From the NCBI GenBank assembly GCA_000320545.1, contig ADNK01003344.1:1-37983 (forward strand): a stretch of DNA of 37,983 nucleotides, given 5' to 3'. The DNA is from Bigelowiella natans CCMP2755. Taxonomy: Eukaryota > Protista > Cercozoa. The notes under the pieces are model-generated. The model saw nothing but the letters and a program-made list of their open reading frames with translations, did no database searches and was not told the DNA's origin. Below, in pieces: positions 13,045-25,166 of this stretch (position 1 is the first letter of the stretch; each line of letters opens with the position of its first letter). Made by a program: the position numbers and the translations under genes.

Positions 13045-14026
13045 AATGATAGAAAGATAGATAAGTGAGGCTTTTAGTTCTTGTTGAATGAATTCATATT
13101 TGATTTAAAGACAGTACATCTTGTTCCCCTTCCTCCTCCTCCTTCATCATCATATTTTACCATTTCTTCTCTGCCATTTCATCTGCAAGCCTGAATGCAT
13201 GATCCAATTCAACTTTGAGTGCGTCCTTTCCTGCAAGCATCTTGGCGTAGTCTCTCAGATTGAATCTCATTTGCCTGAGAAGTTGTTCCTCTACGTGGGG
13301 AGTCAGACTCTCATCCTTCTTCTTTTTTAATTCAGCAGCAGCTCGAGAAGGACGAGGAGGAGGAGATTTAACATCAGCGCTGTTTCCATCAGCATAATCA
13401 TCATCATCATCAGCAGCAGCAGCACTGTATCTTGCTGCATCGGCACCACCTGTAGCAGCACCTTGACCCATATCATCAGCATCATCATTCACCTCTCTAT
13501 CTCCTGCTGAAGATCCAGAGGCAAAAGCTTTGCTAGTATATCGTTGTGAATTTACGTCGCTGCCACCACCTCTTAGCCACCTGTGAGGTATTCTTATTCC
13601 TCTAGCACCCCCCTCCCCTCCTCTTCCTCCTCTCTTAAGAAGAACTCCTGCTTGATGACACTTGTGCATATCATTCATTCGTCCGTCACCCATGCAAGCT
13701 AATCCTCCTAGCAGCAACCTACTATTTTTCTTACTGCAGGTGGTTGTCTGATAATGATCACGACCGGCTGCTTTCGAAGTCGTCGTGAAAGCAGAGCGGT
13801 ACTCTGGAGAATTAGGATGACTTTGAATCATCGTCATCGGTGAGAGCAGTCTGCTCCTTCGTGGTTTTCCTATTCTTCCAATACTTCTAGGAGTACCAAA
13901 ACTACTACTGTAGGAGTTCCTGGTGTCGATACTAATGGAGTTCCTCCCCCCCCATTGCGTTCTTCCACCAGGAAGGAGCCGCAAAAGGACATTGAGGAAG
14001 AGGAATAGTTTCGCTACGCCAATCAT
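7646..14026 (-). CDS. tgt: Queuine tRNA-ribosyltransferase (tRNA-guanine transglycosylase), chlamydial-type, ~21 exons, long N-terminal extension
   Basis: Spliced exons read FRYEL|IHRSKKPGSRARVGR|IHTPHGIIDTPGFVPVGTNAALK|..LMFCNT|YHLIVHPG..|GGLHRFMNRSGPIITDSG|GFQVFSL..|..GVLFRSYFDG..LTPEESVRAQK|MLGADIIVPLDELPP..|YAVIHGG..|FDGFAVGGSLG..|RPNHVLG|IAD..|CDTFDSAYPTRVARHG|..|SYLHHLLRAKEP..|TLASLHN...ILRDEI-TGA (7646-7648). The first ATG at 14026 is preceded by an in-frame TGA; the start is less certain than the catalytic core. Confidence 0.93.
7860..7912. repeat. 26-bp tandem duplication inside a tgt intron
   Basis: TTGAACAAGTGA(G/A)AAGTGTGAAGTAT occurs twice with one mismatch. Confidence 0.85.
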
Positions 14027-14403
14027 TCAAACTAGCACAATATTTTCTCCATTGTTACTTGCTTCACAAGGTTAGAAATACTTGCACTTTTGGTGTGGCC
14101 CCTTCGGTGCGACAGCGTCGGTTGTAAAGCTGGAACGGATGGAAGATACAGGTGGTAGGGTAGGCGGCGGTGCTCCTTTTCGTATCTTGTATCCCGTAAT
14201 AATCTAGGGCCTACGATCCACCTATTTGTGTTGTCGTAGATTAAAAATACCCTACATTCCACCAATATCTTGCAATCGAAATGGAACCAAAATTAAGCAA
14301 TAAAATGACCATACGAAGTTAGATCCGAGGAGCACGATGAATGAGTGAAATGAGAGAATGATGGAACGGCTCGAACGAGCTTAACGCTACCGTGGGCTTC
14401 ATA
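14027..14403. promoter_or_regulatory. Short divergent (probably bidirectional) promoter/5'UTR region between tgt and the SPOC gene
   Basis: Head-to-head start codons ~380 bp apart; no microsatellites. Positional inference only. Confidence 0.5.
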
Positions 14404-15507
14404 ATGACCACAATTCATCCGCAATGGGAGGGTAAGGTGGTCTTCGAAAAGGGGAAGTCATTCAACGTTATTGGCAGGTAAGTTGCAGTTGCGGTCTCCC
14501 TTTTGTCCACATGAAGACTAACGAACGTCGTTGTACAGCCCTCTTGTGTGGACACGGCACAACCGCAACATGATAAACAAAATTCCGAAGCGAATGAAGG
14601 TATTATTCCGAGGTGGCGTTCCTCGAAAAGGCAGCGAAACACAATGACGGCTTTCCTTGCTTTTACTTCTCCTGTTGCCACTCCAGGTTGAACACCGTAC
14701 AAAGTTAATCGAGGCGATTAGCTTTTGCCACCAGCTCAAGGGGAGAAATGCCCTGAATAAGGAAAAGGTCCTGATTCCGAGTATAGCTAGCAGGGCGAGG
14801 AGGAGGAAGAGGGGGAGGAGAAGCACAATAATCTATGCATTTATTGTTGAAACATAGAATCATCACCATAGGTTCCAAAGCGAAGTGTGGTTGTCCTCAA
14901 GCTGTCCCCCAGAGTCATCCATATAGCACACTCGCAACAATACCACATACACATCTATCACCTTCACTACAAATATATGTATACGATGGTACACAGACAA
15001 ACACTTAAAACACTTGGTGGATCTTAAAAAATCTCATCTCATACGTATTTCTTTAATTCAGACAAGCAACGACAATCCACATTTTCAAGAGTTCAAACGA
15101 GGTATTAGAGCTATTTCCCCTCTGGTGATGCGCTTATGCCTCGATCGTCAAATGATTTTCCACACTATCATCATCATCATCATCATCATCCGTCACCACC
15201 TCATATTTGTGGTTTTATCAATACTTATCAATATAATTAATCAGCTTACGAATCTGAGCATTTCAGGTGTGGGTTCATAAGGGTAATAAAAATAATAATA
15301 ATAATGATGATGATAGTTAGTTAGCAGCAGGATATGTATTTTCTTCTTTTGCATATTTCTCCAATTTACCTCCTCGATGGCCTCAACACAGAAGTGCACA
15401 CATGTTGTAGAGTTGGATGTCTTCTTGTTGGCAGTAGCAGAGTGAAATAACTTCCTTTTTATAGAATTTGCCATTCTTGTTCAAGCCGAGAAGGAGGGGG
15501 AGATTGC

Positions 15508-15538
<31 letters not shown>

Positions 15539-15931
15539 CGTGATGTTGGTGTTTCTCCTGATCGTGCTAATTCGATGGTCCTCTGGTTTAATAACATTGA
15601 TGATCTACCTATTCTAATCGATCCTCTGCTTTAATAATATATCCATGCTCTACCTCTTCTAAACACTACTGCTACTACTACTACTACAACATCAACAATA
15701 ACTACTACTGTAGGAGCTTGGCCCATTTCAGCTTTACTTCGGGGTTCCTCTCAGCTCTAAGTGCTCTATGGTAATTGGAATAATATTTAATAACTAATGA
15801 AAATAACATGACCACCATCTTATCACCATCGTCATCATCGCTCTCATCATTATCTTCGCAATATGTATGAAAAGCGTAACGGGGATTGAGTAATCTTTTA
15901 AGTTTTAGAAGTGGTGGTTACTTCTCAAAAT

Positions 15932-15972
<41 letters not shown>

Positions 15973-18014
15973 ACTCTCCTGACGAATTCTCTACATCTAC
16001 TACCTACTGCTACTACTTGTACTCGCTTCTTCTTGATCTCCTTCTTCTTTTTCTTCTCCTCCTCCTTCTTCTTCTTCTTCTTCTTCTTCTTCTTCTTCTT
16101 CCATTTGTTGTTCTACTCTATCCGAAAGCAGCCTGTGAGTGCATGTGCAAGATTGCAAAAACTTGTGCGGTACAAGGAGCTTGCAAAGGTGGCGCGTAGC
16201 ATTAGCAAGCAGTGATAACAGACCTCTATGAGTTGATACAGCAGTGAATTATCCTATAGTACTGATATGATCTGCGCCCACGGTAGAAATGATGATTAAT
16301 GACACTCATTATAATTTTTAGAAAAATGATGTAAATTTGGAGGGGGAGCTGCTGCTATTTGTTGTCATTCGACACACCAAAAAAGATGCCGAGTCATCCG
16401 TAAGCAAGAAAGCAAAGACAGATGATGGTAATACTAATAAAACTATAGCAGCAAATTGTGGCGAAGAAGTACCACCACCACCACCACCACCACCACCAAC
16501 TTCCGTGTCGTCCCACATTAAGAGGGTTTGAAATCACAGATGATAGGCGAAGGAAAGCGATAACGACGACGGTGACGATACAAGAAGAGGAGGGAGGAAA
16601 CACCGAATGCACCCCGATGACCAAAAATGATGAAAGTAATGATAAGAATGATGCCGATGATATCAAGTTACTGGAAGAGGCGGCACCAACCAACTCGACT
16701 TTTGCTGGAGCTGCTACTATTCCAAAGAGAAGAAAGAGAAAGAGTATGAGTGATCATTACGAAGAAAAAGACTGCTTAGTGAAGAAGAAAGAAACTTTTG
16801 CAGCAGCTAAGGAAACTTTCTCAGGATTGTCATCGTCATCAGCATTATCATCAAAACGATCTAGTAATACAATATCTCTGGTGGAAGAAGAAGATTTACC
16901 TCCTACATCCCCTCTTCGTTCTCCTACTCTGAGGAACAAAATGGACCAACAACAGCAGCCATTGCTGCACTCAAATCCAATGCTCTCGACAACTACTTCT
17001 ACGAGTAATAATATCACTTCTTCCCTTTTTTTTTCTCCTTCTTCGACGATGATGCGAGTGGGTATCAAACGACCGTTGTTGATAGCGAAACATACAATAT
17101 ACGCATCAGATGAGCTGAAAAGAGATGATATGGGGGTAGGAGAAGGAGAAAAGGAGTCATCATCATCATCGATACACCATCCACAAGTAAAAGGGAATGA
17201 CAAAGCAAGAAGAAGCAGCAGCATACAGTTGTTGCCTAATAATAGCAGCAGCGACATCGTATCAACCTCGTCGTACGTCAACTTTGACATGGTTAGTAGT
17301 GTTAAAGAAGACTTCTGGTCGCCTTCTAATGGTTGGGGAGAATGCAGTGCAAATGGGTACGGGATTGTAAGAATGAATCATGATGATGACGATGATGATG
17401 ATGATGATGATGAGATGAGAAGAATGATGCCATCAAATCTATTCTTGACTTTCTCCCAAGCTGGACATAAGATTAATACTTACTATTACCTCAGGTGGGG
17501 TGATTGCGATCTAGAGAAATCCCAGCAGCGGTCTATTATTATAAGGGATGGTATTCCTTCTACTCGTACCATCACCACCACAGTTGCTGCTTCTTTGCCT
17601 AGGCAGCAGCAGCAGCAGCATAAACAGCAACATCGATCCTTACCAGAGAAAAGTAATAGCAATTTCCAACGACAACCACGATCGAGAAGATCTTGGCGGG
17701 ATGACGATAATAACATTGGTCCTCCTCGTACCAGTCCAAAATACAACAATCATCAGCACCGACAACAGTCTACGGCGCGCTGTCGTGGAGAAGTGAAAAG
17801 AGATCATGAGGAGGCAGGGTGTTTGGATCAGGAGGGGGATGGCGGAAGCACATCACTAGATGATCGTTCGAGGAGGAGGGGCAGGAGGAGAAGCATTTCA
17901 TCGTCCAAACGCAATCATGATAGCCCTCCTCCTGCGAGTAGGGAGTGGCGTCGTTCTACACGCCATGGTGATAGGTATAGGAGAAACAGAACGGATGAGC
18001 ACAACTTATTGTAG
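14404..18014 (+). CDS. SPOC-domain protein with a long low-complexity, R/S-rich C-terminus (>=10 exons)
   Basis: Spliced N-terminus: MTTIHPQWEGKVVFEKGKSFNVIGS|PLVW..IPKRMK|VEHRTKLIEAISFCHQLK..|..VVVLKLSPR|TSNDNPHFQEFKRA|YESEHFRCGFIR|ELGPFQLYFGVP..|..|..ELLLFVVIR. This follows the SPOC pattern (W.G, P..l.v..R, v..l.P....d..F, R.G....LY..P, LL.VV). It joins the long ORF ending TAG at 18014, which may contain further introns. Confidence 0.65.
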
Positions 18015-18556
18015 TAGCTGGACACTCTGATGAAGCGCAGCGGGCGCGTGAAGAGCATGACATCAGCTACATATGACATATTGTAATAAACGCAAGATTT
18101 GAATTCTTGAGACGATACCCAACGATATGAATAGCAACTTAATAAACTCGGCTAAGACGTTAGTTAATGGTCTTCGCACTGGCCTATATGAATTGCTGGA
18201 ATAATGTGTTGAGCGCAATGCCTAGATGTGTATTTAGATACAGATGCATGTGCGATGAGTGCATGCTAGCATGATGAATAACTATGTTCGATTTCAATCG
18301 AAGCGCAGCAACGACTATACGTGGTGCAGCGGCTCACTGGCATGCGCGTGCACTTAATACAATGTGTGTGTAGATGTATCATTTGTAATTTTACAGCTAA
18401 ATTGCGGACGACAATCTAGCCATATCCTCATCATAAACTCTAATCTGATGATGTTGCTTCGAAGGTTTTTCTCATTAGAAGTACTGTGGAATCATATGGC
18501 TATTCTTTTTGGCTTGGCACAGTTGTCGATCGCCTGCAGAGAGGATCAACGCGGAT

Positions 18557-19049
18557 CTAACCCACCGGCTTGATAGGAAGATTTGTAGGTTGGGTCGCAC
18601 GAACTGCAAATTCTTCCGGTATCTTCGGCAAGAATTTGGGGTCCTTACGAAGTTATTAAAATGGTAACTCAGTGCGTAGAAAATTAATATGAGAAAATAT
18701 GTCACCACCTTCGGACAAAGCGCTTCTATTCCATCTCGTACTACAGATGGTGGTTGAGCAAACAAATTTGGAACCTGAAGGTTGTAGGGGTTTTTGACTA
18801 TATGTAGAAGCAAAGTGTCATTCTTGTCTCCTTATTATCAACTAAGTTGATTCTACCCATGAGCATATCGGTAGCGCTGGGCAAGGACGAACAATCTCCG
18901 GACCCTCAGCATCAAGATGCATGCATCCGTTTTTCATCCAATAAACTAGTGCTGATTTGAAATTAACACAGTTGCTCAAAAATTATATTGACAAAAACAG
19001 GAAATATATTCATGTATTTAAGAACGCTATTAGTTGAAAAAATAGCAAG

Positions 19050-19083
<34 letters not shown>

Positions 19084-19605
19084 GCTACTTTATTACAAGA
19101 CTACCTTTGTCTGCACGTAACAGTGATTCTATATTTTGAACGCACTACAGTATGATGACATCAACAACTTAACAACAAATTTAAGATAATAAATCAAATG
19201 AATGATTCCTACCGTTATATAAAAGTTTGTGTTTAAGCCGTCGCATAAATGTGGCATTCCCCTTTCTTTCATCTGCATGATGAGTATGCATACTTCACAA
19301 TATCCCCGCACTAATCCAGCTCCTGACCCTGATCCTACACCAACTGATGCTCCACTCCCTATTGTCACGCCCATCTCAAGAAACGACGTCATAGTTGCGT
19401 TGAATTGCCTTGCTACATAATCTATTGGATCGAATGATGGTGATACATCATCATCTCCAGATGGCCATGCAAGATGGTTTTCTTCAGGCTGTAGGGTGGT
19501 TGTGGCAGCTGAATTTTTAATGGCGGATGCTTCCACATTGTGACGATGATCGAGGGTTATCGAAAAGATGAGCGCTGTGATGGTTATCATAGTCGAAGTT
19601 ACCAT
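18557..19605 (-). CDS. Small secreted cysteine-rich protein, saposin-like Cys spacing, 5 exons
   Basis: Exons 19605-19213, 19144-19105, 18951-18857, 18774-18709 and 18643-18557 join in phase: signal-like MVTSTMITITALIFSITL, an SFLE motif, a G/S linker, then YCEVCILIMQMKERGMPHLCDGLNTNFYITCVQNIESLLRADKALVYWMKNGCMHLDAEGPEIVRPCPALPICSWVPNLF..ALCPKDPKFLP..KPVG*. The gene model is solid; the fold call is tentative. Confidence 0.75.
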
Positions 19606-19710
19606 CCTTCCTTCACCACCACGAGTGCAGCCCCCCTCAGATTCAAAAAAATTCAAATAAGGAATGAGCCCGGCAGCTAAGTTTGGATTCCGAAGGTCAG
19701 AAAAACATCA

Positions 19711-19752
19711 CCAGAGATTCTCCAGAGATTCTCAAGAGATTCTCCAGAGATT
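19711..19752. repeat. 11-bp tandem repeat (~4 copies) in a divergent promoter region
   Basis: CCAGAGATTCT CCAGAGATTCT CAAGAGATTCT CCAGAGATT. Confidence 0.85.
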
Positions 19753-20318
19753 ATTACTAGACTAGACTTCGACAAAGAGAAAAGAAGAAACGTTGTGGAA
19801 ACGGCCGCAGACATCCCATCAATAAAATACACTTTTTCTTTTTACTTCTTTCTTTTTTGTTCCATTTTGATGAAGAGACATGCTTTTAAACCTATTTGGG
19901 GAAACTAATTAACGGTGTTTTTACACCTTAAAAATATTTCTCCGAGCAGATATTTTATCGCGAAGAGCCGCCATGACATCAACATGAGAAAGGGTGGTTT
20001 GGTCAATTTTTTGTACGATAATTTATTGTCGCACTATTAAATAGAGAACAGAATCGTGGAAAAATACCTTTCTCTCGGAGTTTGCCGCCGGCCTGCCTAC
20101 CCATTTAATCTCGTGTTACTGCGTAGCCAGACGTAACATCTCACGCAGTAGTAGCAGCAAAGGGGAGGGGGTGTCATGGGAGGGAGTGATGACGCATTCT
20201 AACCCATACCTTACGATTTCGATATTGTCTAGAATTTCCCATTGAAAGAGTAATAAGCTATAAGCGTTCTTGTGGTGATTTCTTGTTTTTTTGGTCATTT
20301 TCTGCAGATTGCCCTAAG

Positions 20319-21927
20319 ATGCCAGATTCTCCGCCCCATACCACTCTTTCTGCCTTGAATCCCCTACCCTTCTTCCTTCATAAGCATGCAAACTTTCGCA
20401 AGCTCGCTACGAAGGAGGACCCTTTTCACATCCACAAGACCCTCGGAATTCTAAGCATCTTGAGTTTTATCTATCGATACGGCGTCGTATATCCACAGAC
20501 CGGTAATGGTTAATACTTGTCCATGGTTGTAAACTCAAACAACATATGTGTGAATGTGTGGGATATAATAATAGTCCATCATAAGGCAACTTATCCTCCT
20601 ATCGCGTGCTTCTTCTTCTTTCCCTTTCTCCTTTCTCTGTTTTTGCTGTTCCTGTTCTTCTTCTTCTTCTTCTTCTTCAGGAACGCTGGGTTTTGATGGG
20701 AGCTGGTTCGATTGGGCAACCATGCTGGTACACAACTGCCTCGCATTCAGCTCTATTCAATTTCGCGTGCCTTCCAAGCGAATCGACACCAAGCCCATGG
20801 TATTATTCAACAATAGTAGAGAATAAAGTAGTAGTGGCATTAACACTTACTTCCGGCGTCTATTTTCACCTTTCTTGCTACTCTTTCTTCGTCCTGCTCT
20901 CTCAGTGCAACTGATAATGAGAATCTTTGAACTCTATGTACAGGTGATTTACGAAGAGTACCGACAGCATGCGATGGTCTTTACCAACCGATGTTTTGCC
21001 GTGTTCATCGTTGCAATTTTTTGGGGTGGGAGTCCTCCAGTTTGGGCTGCACCTCTTGCAGTCGCTCTGCATCATCTCATGGCTGATGACATTACTCGAA
21101 GGTAGCAGCAGTAGTAGTAGCAGTAGTAGTAGTAGTAGTAGTAGTAGTCAGCAGCAGTCGTAGTAATAGTAGTAGCATCAAAATCCACGTTGAAGGCTGC
21201 CAATCTATGAATTACGAACAACCTACTGAACTTCTGTGGTGGTAAACCGTAAACGTGTCAACGAACGTAAATCTTGCTAAATCAGCGCTTATTATGCCTC
21301 ATTAGAAATATTTCTTCTTCTTCTCGTGTTGTAATGACAAAATAGACACGGTTCGGGTAACACTGCAGTGCGTTCTGTGAGCAAAAAGCTGCAAACATCG
21401 ACCTTCTATAAGCGAGTTGGATATCTCTACTCATTCTATCAGTATCTTGCAATCGCGTCACACATTGTACCTCACGAGAGACTCGCAGATGCTGGGTATG
21501 TAATGTTCTCGCTGCATACCTTGTGACAGAGTGTGTAAAGAATGAGATGTGAAAATACGACCATTTCTACGGCATTAGTTCTGCATAACAACAGCAACAA
21601 CATACAACACACAAAACATAATAACACACCAACGTCTATTGTTCCCTCAGGTACAACACGATCATTGCGATTGCAAGCTCAGCCTTCATGATGACGCTCT
21701 ATCGAAAGAAAATCATCCGTGGACGCACGCACATGATCGTCTACTCGTTTTGCTTGCTGCTCTCAGCATATCACATCGTACGAATGACCGGCATCTGGGT
21801 GGCAGTTCTGACCGCATTGGCCTTTGCAGCACGTGTGAATTCAAGGGCGAATAAGTATGCAATTTGGACGGTGTTCCGTTTCATTGTCGCTGCCCTCCCA
21901 CTTCTTCCTTTCGTAGCAGGAGCTTAG
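20319..21927 (+). CDS. Uncharacterised polytopic membrane protein with conserved-looking His motifs, 5 exons
   Basis: Exons 20319-20502, 20681-20799, 20944-21101, 21346-21496 and 21651-21927 join in phase: ..KLATKEDPFHIHKTLGILSILSFIYRY..G|TLGFDG..VHNCLAFSSIQFRVPSKR..PM|VIYEEYRQHAMVFTNR..LHHLMADDITRR|HGSGNTAVR..YSFYQYLAIASH..G|YNTIIAIASSAFMMTLYRK..THMIVYSFCL..NKYAIW..*; several hydrophobic segments. Confidence 0.8.
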
Positions 21928-23260
21928 TTTGTTGAAGAAGTGCTGCTGCTGCTGCTGATGGTGGTGGTGGTGGAATCTTTGTGCTTCAGAATTAAGCTTC
22001 TTAGATGATAAATCTTGTCTGCTGTCACTGTTGTCCATTGCACAATGTGATCGAGGGTTTAACTCGGTCAACTTTTCAAATAGTTCATTTTTATGTGATG
22101 GGGGGTATGCTACCGGGAGGCTACATCTAATATTACTTCTTGCATTTGATGAGAGGAGCGGACTTATGTTTTATCTAACAAACGTCAGTATTGCTTTGTC
22201 GTCGTGCATTGAAATGCGTTGCATGTTGTCCTTATGTCAGCCAAATCATTACAATTTTTTCAAACAGCAAAACCTACGGCCTACTATGCAACTAGAGGAT
22301 TTTTATTGATATGCCGCGTGCCGCACAGCTTCATGCAAAGCGTTATGCGTAGTGCAATCTGTACGTTCAACACAAAGATACGTGCAAGTTGTTGCGATCA
22401 TCAAACGCTATTCTCAAGCTATATATGCGCACGGTGCTGAGACAGCTGCATGCGGTTTTGGCAGGCGCAGGCGCGTCGATGTGCATGGTTGCGCCTTCTC
22501 TAGTGCGGCGTTATCAGTGTTGCAATAGCATGTGACTACTACACAAGACACCAAGCAGCAAACAATAAATAAACATAGTATCGTATACGTACAAGGAGAA
22601 AATATATTCCTTATCCTTATCGTGTAAAAACTCATACGATGTATGAGACGCGAGCAATTACTCGCTATCTCATATCACGCACTGTGTACTAGTGTAACTG
22701 ATCGACATGGTCCAACAGCAAAATGCATAGTCGCATGCGTGCATGGGCAACATGTAGCATGTAGCGAGCGCTTGTTTTCAGACATGCACTATAGTACACG
22801 TTCGTTACACGGTGGCCACTGCTAGACTGCATGCATGTGTCAATTATGTGCCACACAGCAGACGCGTGAGCAAATACCATAGCACGTTAGACACACGAAG
22901 TAATTAAAGACTGTGTCGATGTTCTAGATGTTGCGACGAGCCGAGCTTGCAGGTGCATCATTATTGCATGTTGCGCACATCACATGCGGCCTTGGCTACT
23001 CGGGACTAATCACATACTGACAGCAGCTCTGAATGATAGTACCAACACGCACACATAATGTACAAATCCAGACTGCATAGATGTGCATAGCAGCCTAATT
23101 CAAATCCATTCGTAAACAAGCCGTACGATAAATGGGAATACTAAAAACTAACCAAGAGCACCTGCATATCACATGGCACGTGAATGCTAAAGCAACTTAT
23201 GAGTAGGCTGAGTATGAGAAGCAACGAAGCTATTTGTATGTATTTGTCTTGAACCAAACA

Positions 23261-23292
<32 letters not shown>

Positions 23293-23354
23293 GAAGCAAG
23301 TTGATATACTATCCAGGTGATTCATTCCTTGTTGCAAGTAGTCTCTTTTCGTTC

Positions 23355-24840
23355 TTAAACGGACCATAATTCTTGTACGTATCTTCCAGTTTTAGATAGG
23401 TTCTCTACGTACGCTCTGGCTTCAGCCTCAGCTTTTCCTCCTTCAGATCTCACAAGCGACACGAAAGCATCTTTCACCTCTCGGCCCATTGAAGTGCCTC
23501 CACACACAAAGATGTAGCCCCCCCTCTCCAAACACCTGATTAAGCAAGATGACGAAGATGATTGAGCAATGTGTTTGTTGTGAAGGAAGTTGTCACCCTC
23601 AATCCCTCCTGCTTATTACGATATAGGCCGCACCACCCCGCTTCTTTCTCTTACTCACCATTGAGAGGAAGAAGACTACAACACAAATGTCTATCTGCAG
23701 CTTCTTTTTCTTATACTTTTTCTTGCTCTCTTTTAATTTTTAACGTCAGTAGACCACAAGGTAATACTACTAGAATGATGAACAACACCATCAATACTAC
23801 TACTACTACTACTACTACTACTACGACAACTACCTATAGAGTGATGGCCCGTTCTTTGACATAAGATGCTGTACGTATACCTGATAGATGATGATGATGA
23901 TGATAATAATAATAATAATGAAAATAATTAGTAAGCAGCAGCATAAGGGGGAGAAGAGGGAGTTTGCCTTGTTGTTTCCTATATTAAAGTAATTAGTTAA
24001 CTATCTCATGAATTACGTCGTCATTCAATACTTTTTAGGACTATAAGTTAATGAGAATGAACATTATCAATCTCGATTCTATTTCGAATCTCATGCGAAA
24101 TCATCATCATCATCATCCCCCACCTTCTCCTTTCCTTCACGACTGAATGCCAGCTGCAAGTCATCCAAAACGCCATTCTTACGTGCTGAAAGCAGCTGCT
24201 CTCTGAGAAAGGTAATGGTAGCACACAAATAATACTACTACTACTGATGATGATAACAACAATAATACAGTACACTAGGTTTGCCACTACAATGTCTATT
24301 AAGTACGTACAAAAAATTTGCTTCTTAGTCAACACTCGACGTAATTTTGTTTTTCTTTCTTCTTCTTCCTCTCCTCTTCTGCTATTTCTTTATCAACCAC
24401 AAAACCGAGCCGGTTGACCCCTTACAGCCCCCCAGCCTCTATTTAAGTTTGTACTTATAAATGAAGTCTTCATCGCTTCTGCGACATCCGAAGTAGAGCA
24501 TGCGTTGTCCCTTTTCCTGTGGTGGAAAGCAAGCACAGTTATTACCATCATCATCATCATCATTAATCTCTACTGTTCATATAGTAACTACATTTGTTGG
24601 TAATTTATGGTAGGTTTTGCCTTGATCATCTTCATTCACGAAGTAGTAGTAGTAGTATTAGTAGTAGGTGTAGTAGCAGTTTGACAAGATTAGTATAATC
24701 TATTGAATGATTAAAGGAAGAGGAAGAAAGAGGATAAGGAGGAGGAGGAGGGGGGGGGGGGGGGGAATACTTGATCATAGTTCTGATCCTTAGATGATTT
24801 GTATTGAAATTCTTGGATGAAACCCTGCAAAACGATGGAA

Positions 24841-24876
<36 letters not shown>

Positions 24877-25129
24877 AGTAGTTGTTGTTGCCGTTGTTAT
24901 TTAGTACCATGAACGGAGCAAGTCCTGTTCCCGGCCCAATCATGATAATTGGCAGCGAAACCTGTAAATACGATCATGATGATGTTTGTTCAGCGATGTT
25001 CTCGTCGTCGTTGTTATTGTTGTTGTTATTGTTTTTGTTCTTCCTTCATACTTGCTTAGGCAGCCTGAAGGTAGATGGACGCACGAAGACAGGGGCTGTA
25101 TCACGCTCCTATAGTATTAGTAGTAGCAG

Positions 25130-25166
<37 letters not shown>

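Noticed and set aside
17315-17510. GW/WG Argonaute-hook motifs in the SPOC protein
   Set aside because: Only two WG occurrences; too few to call
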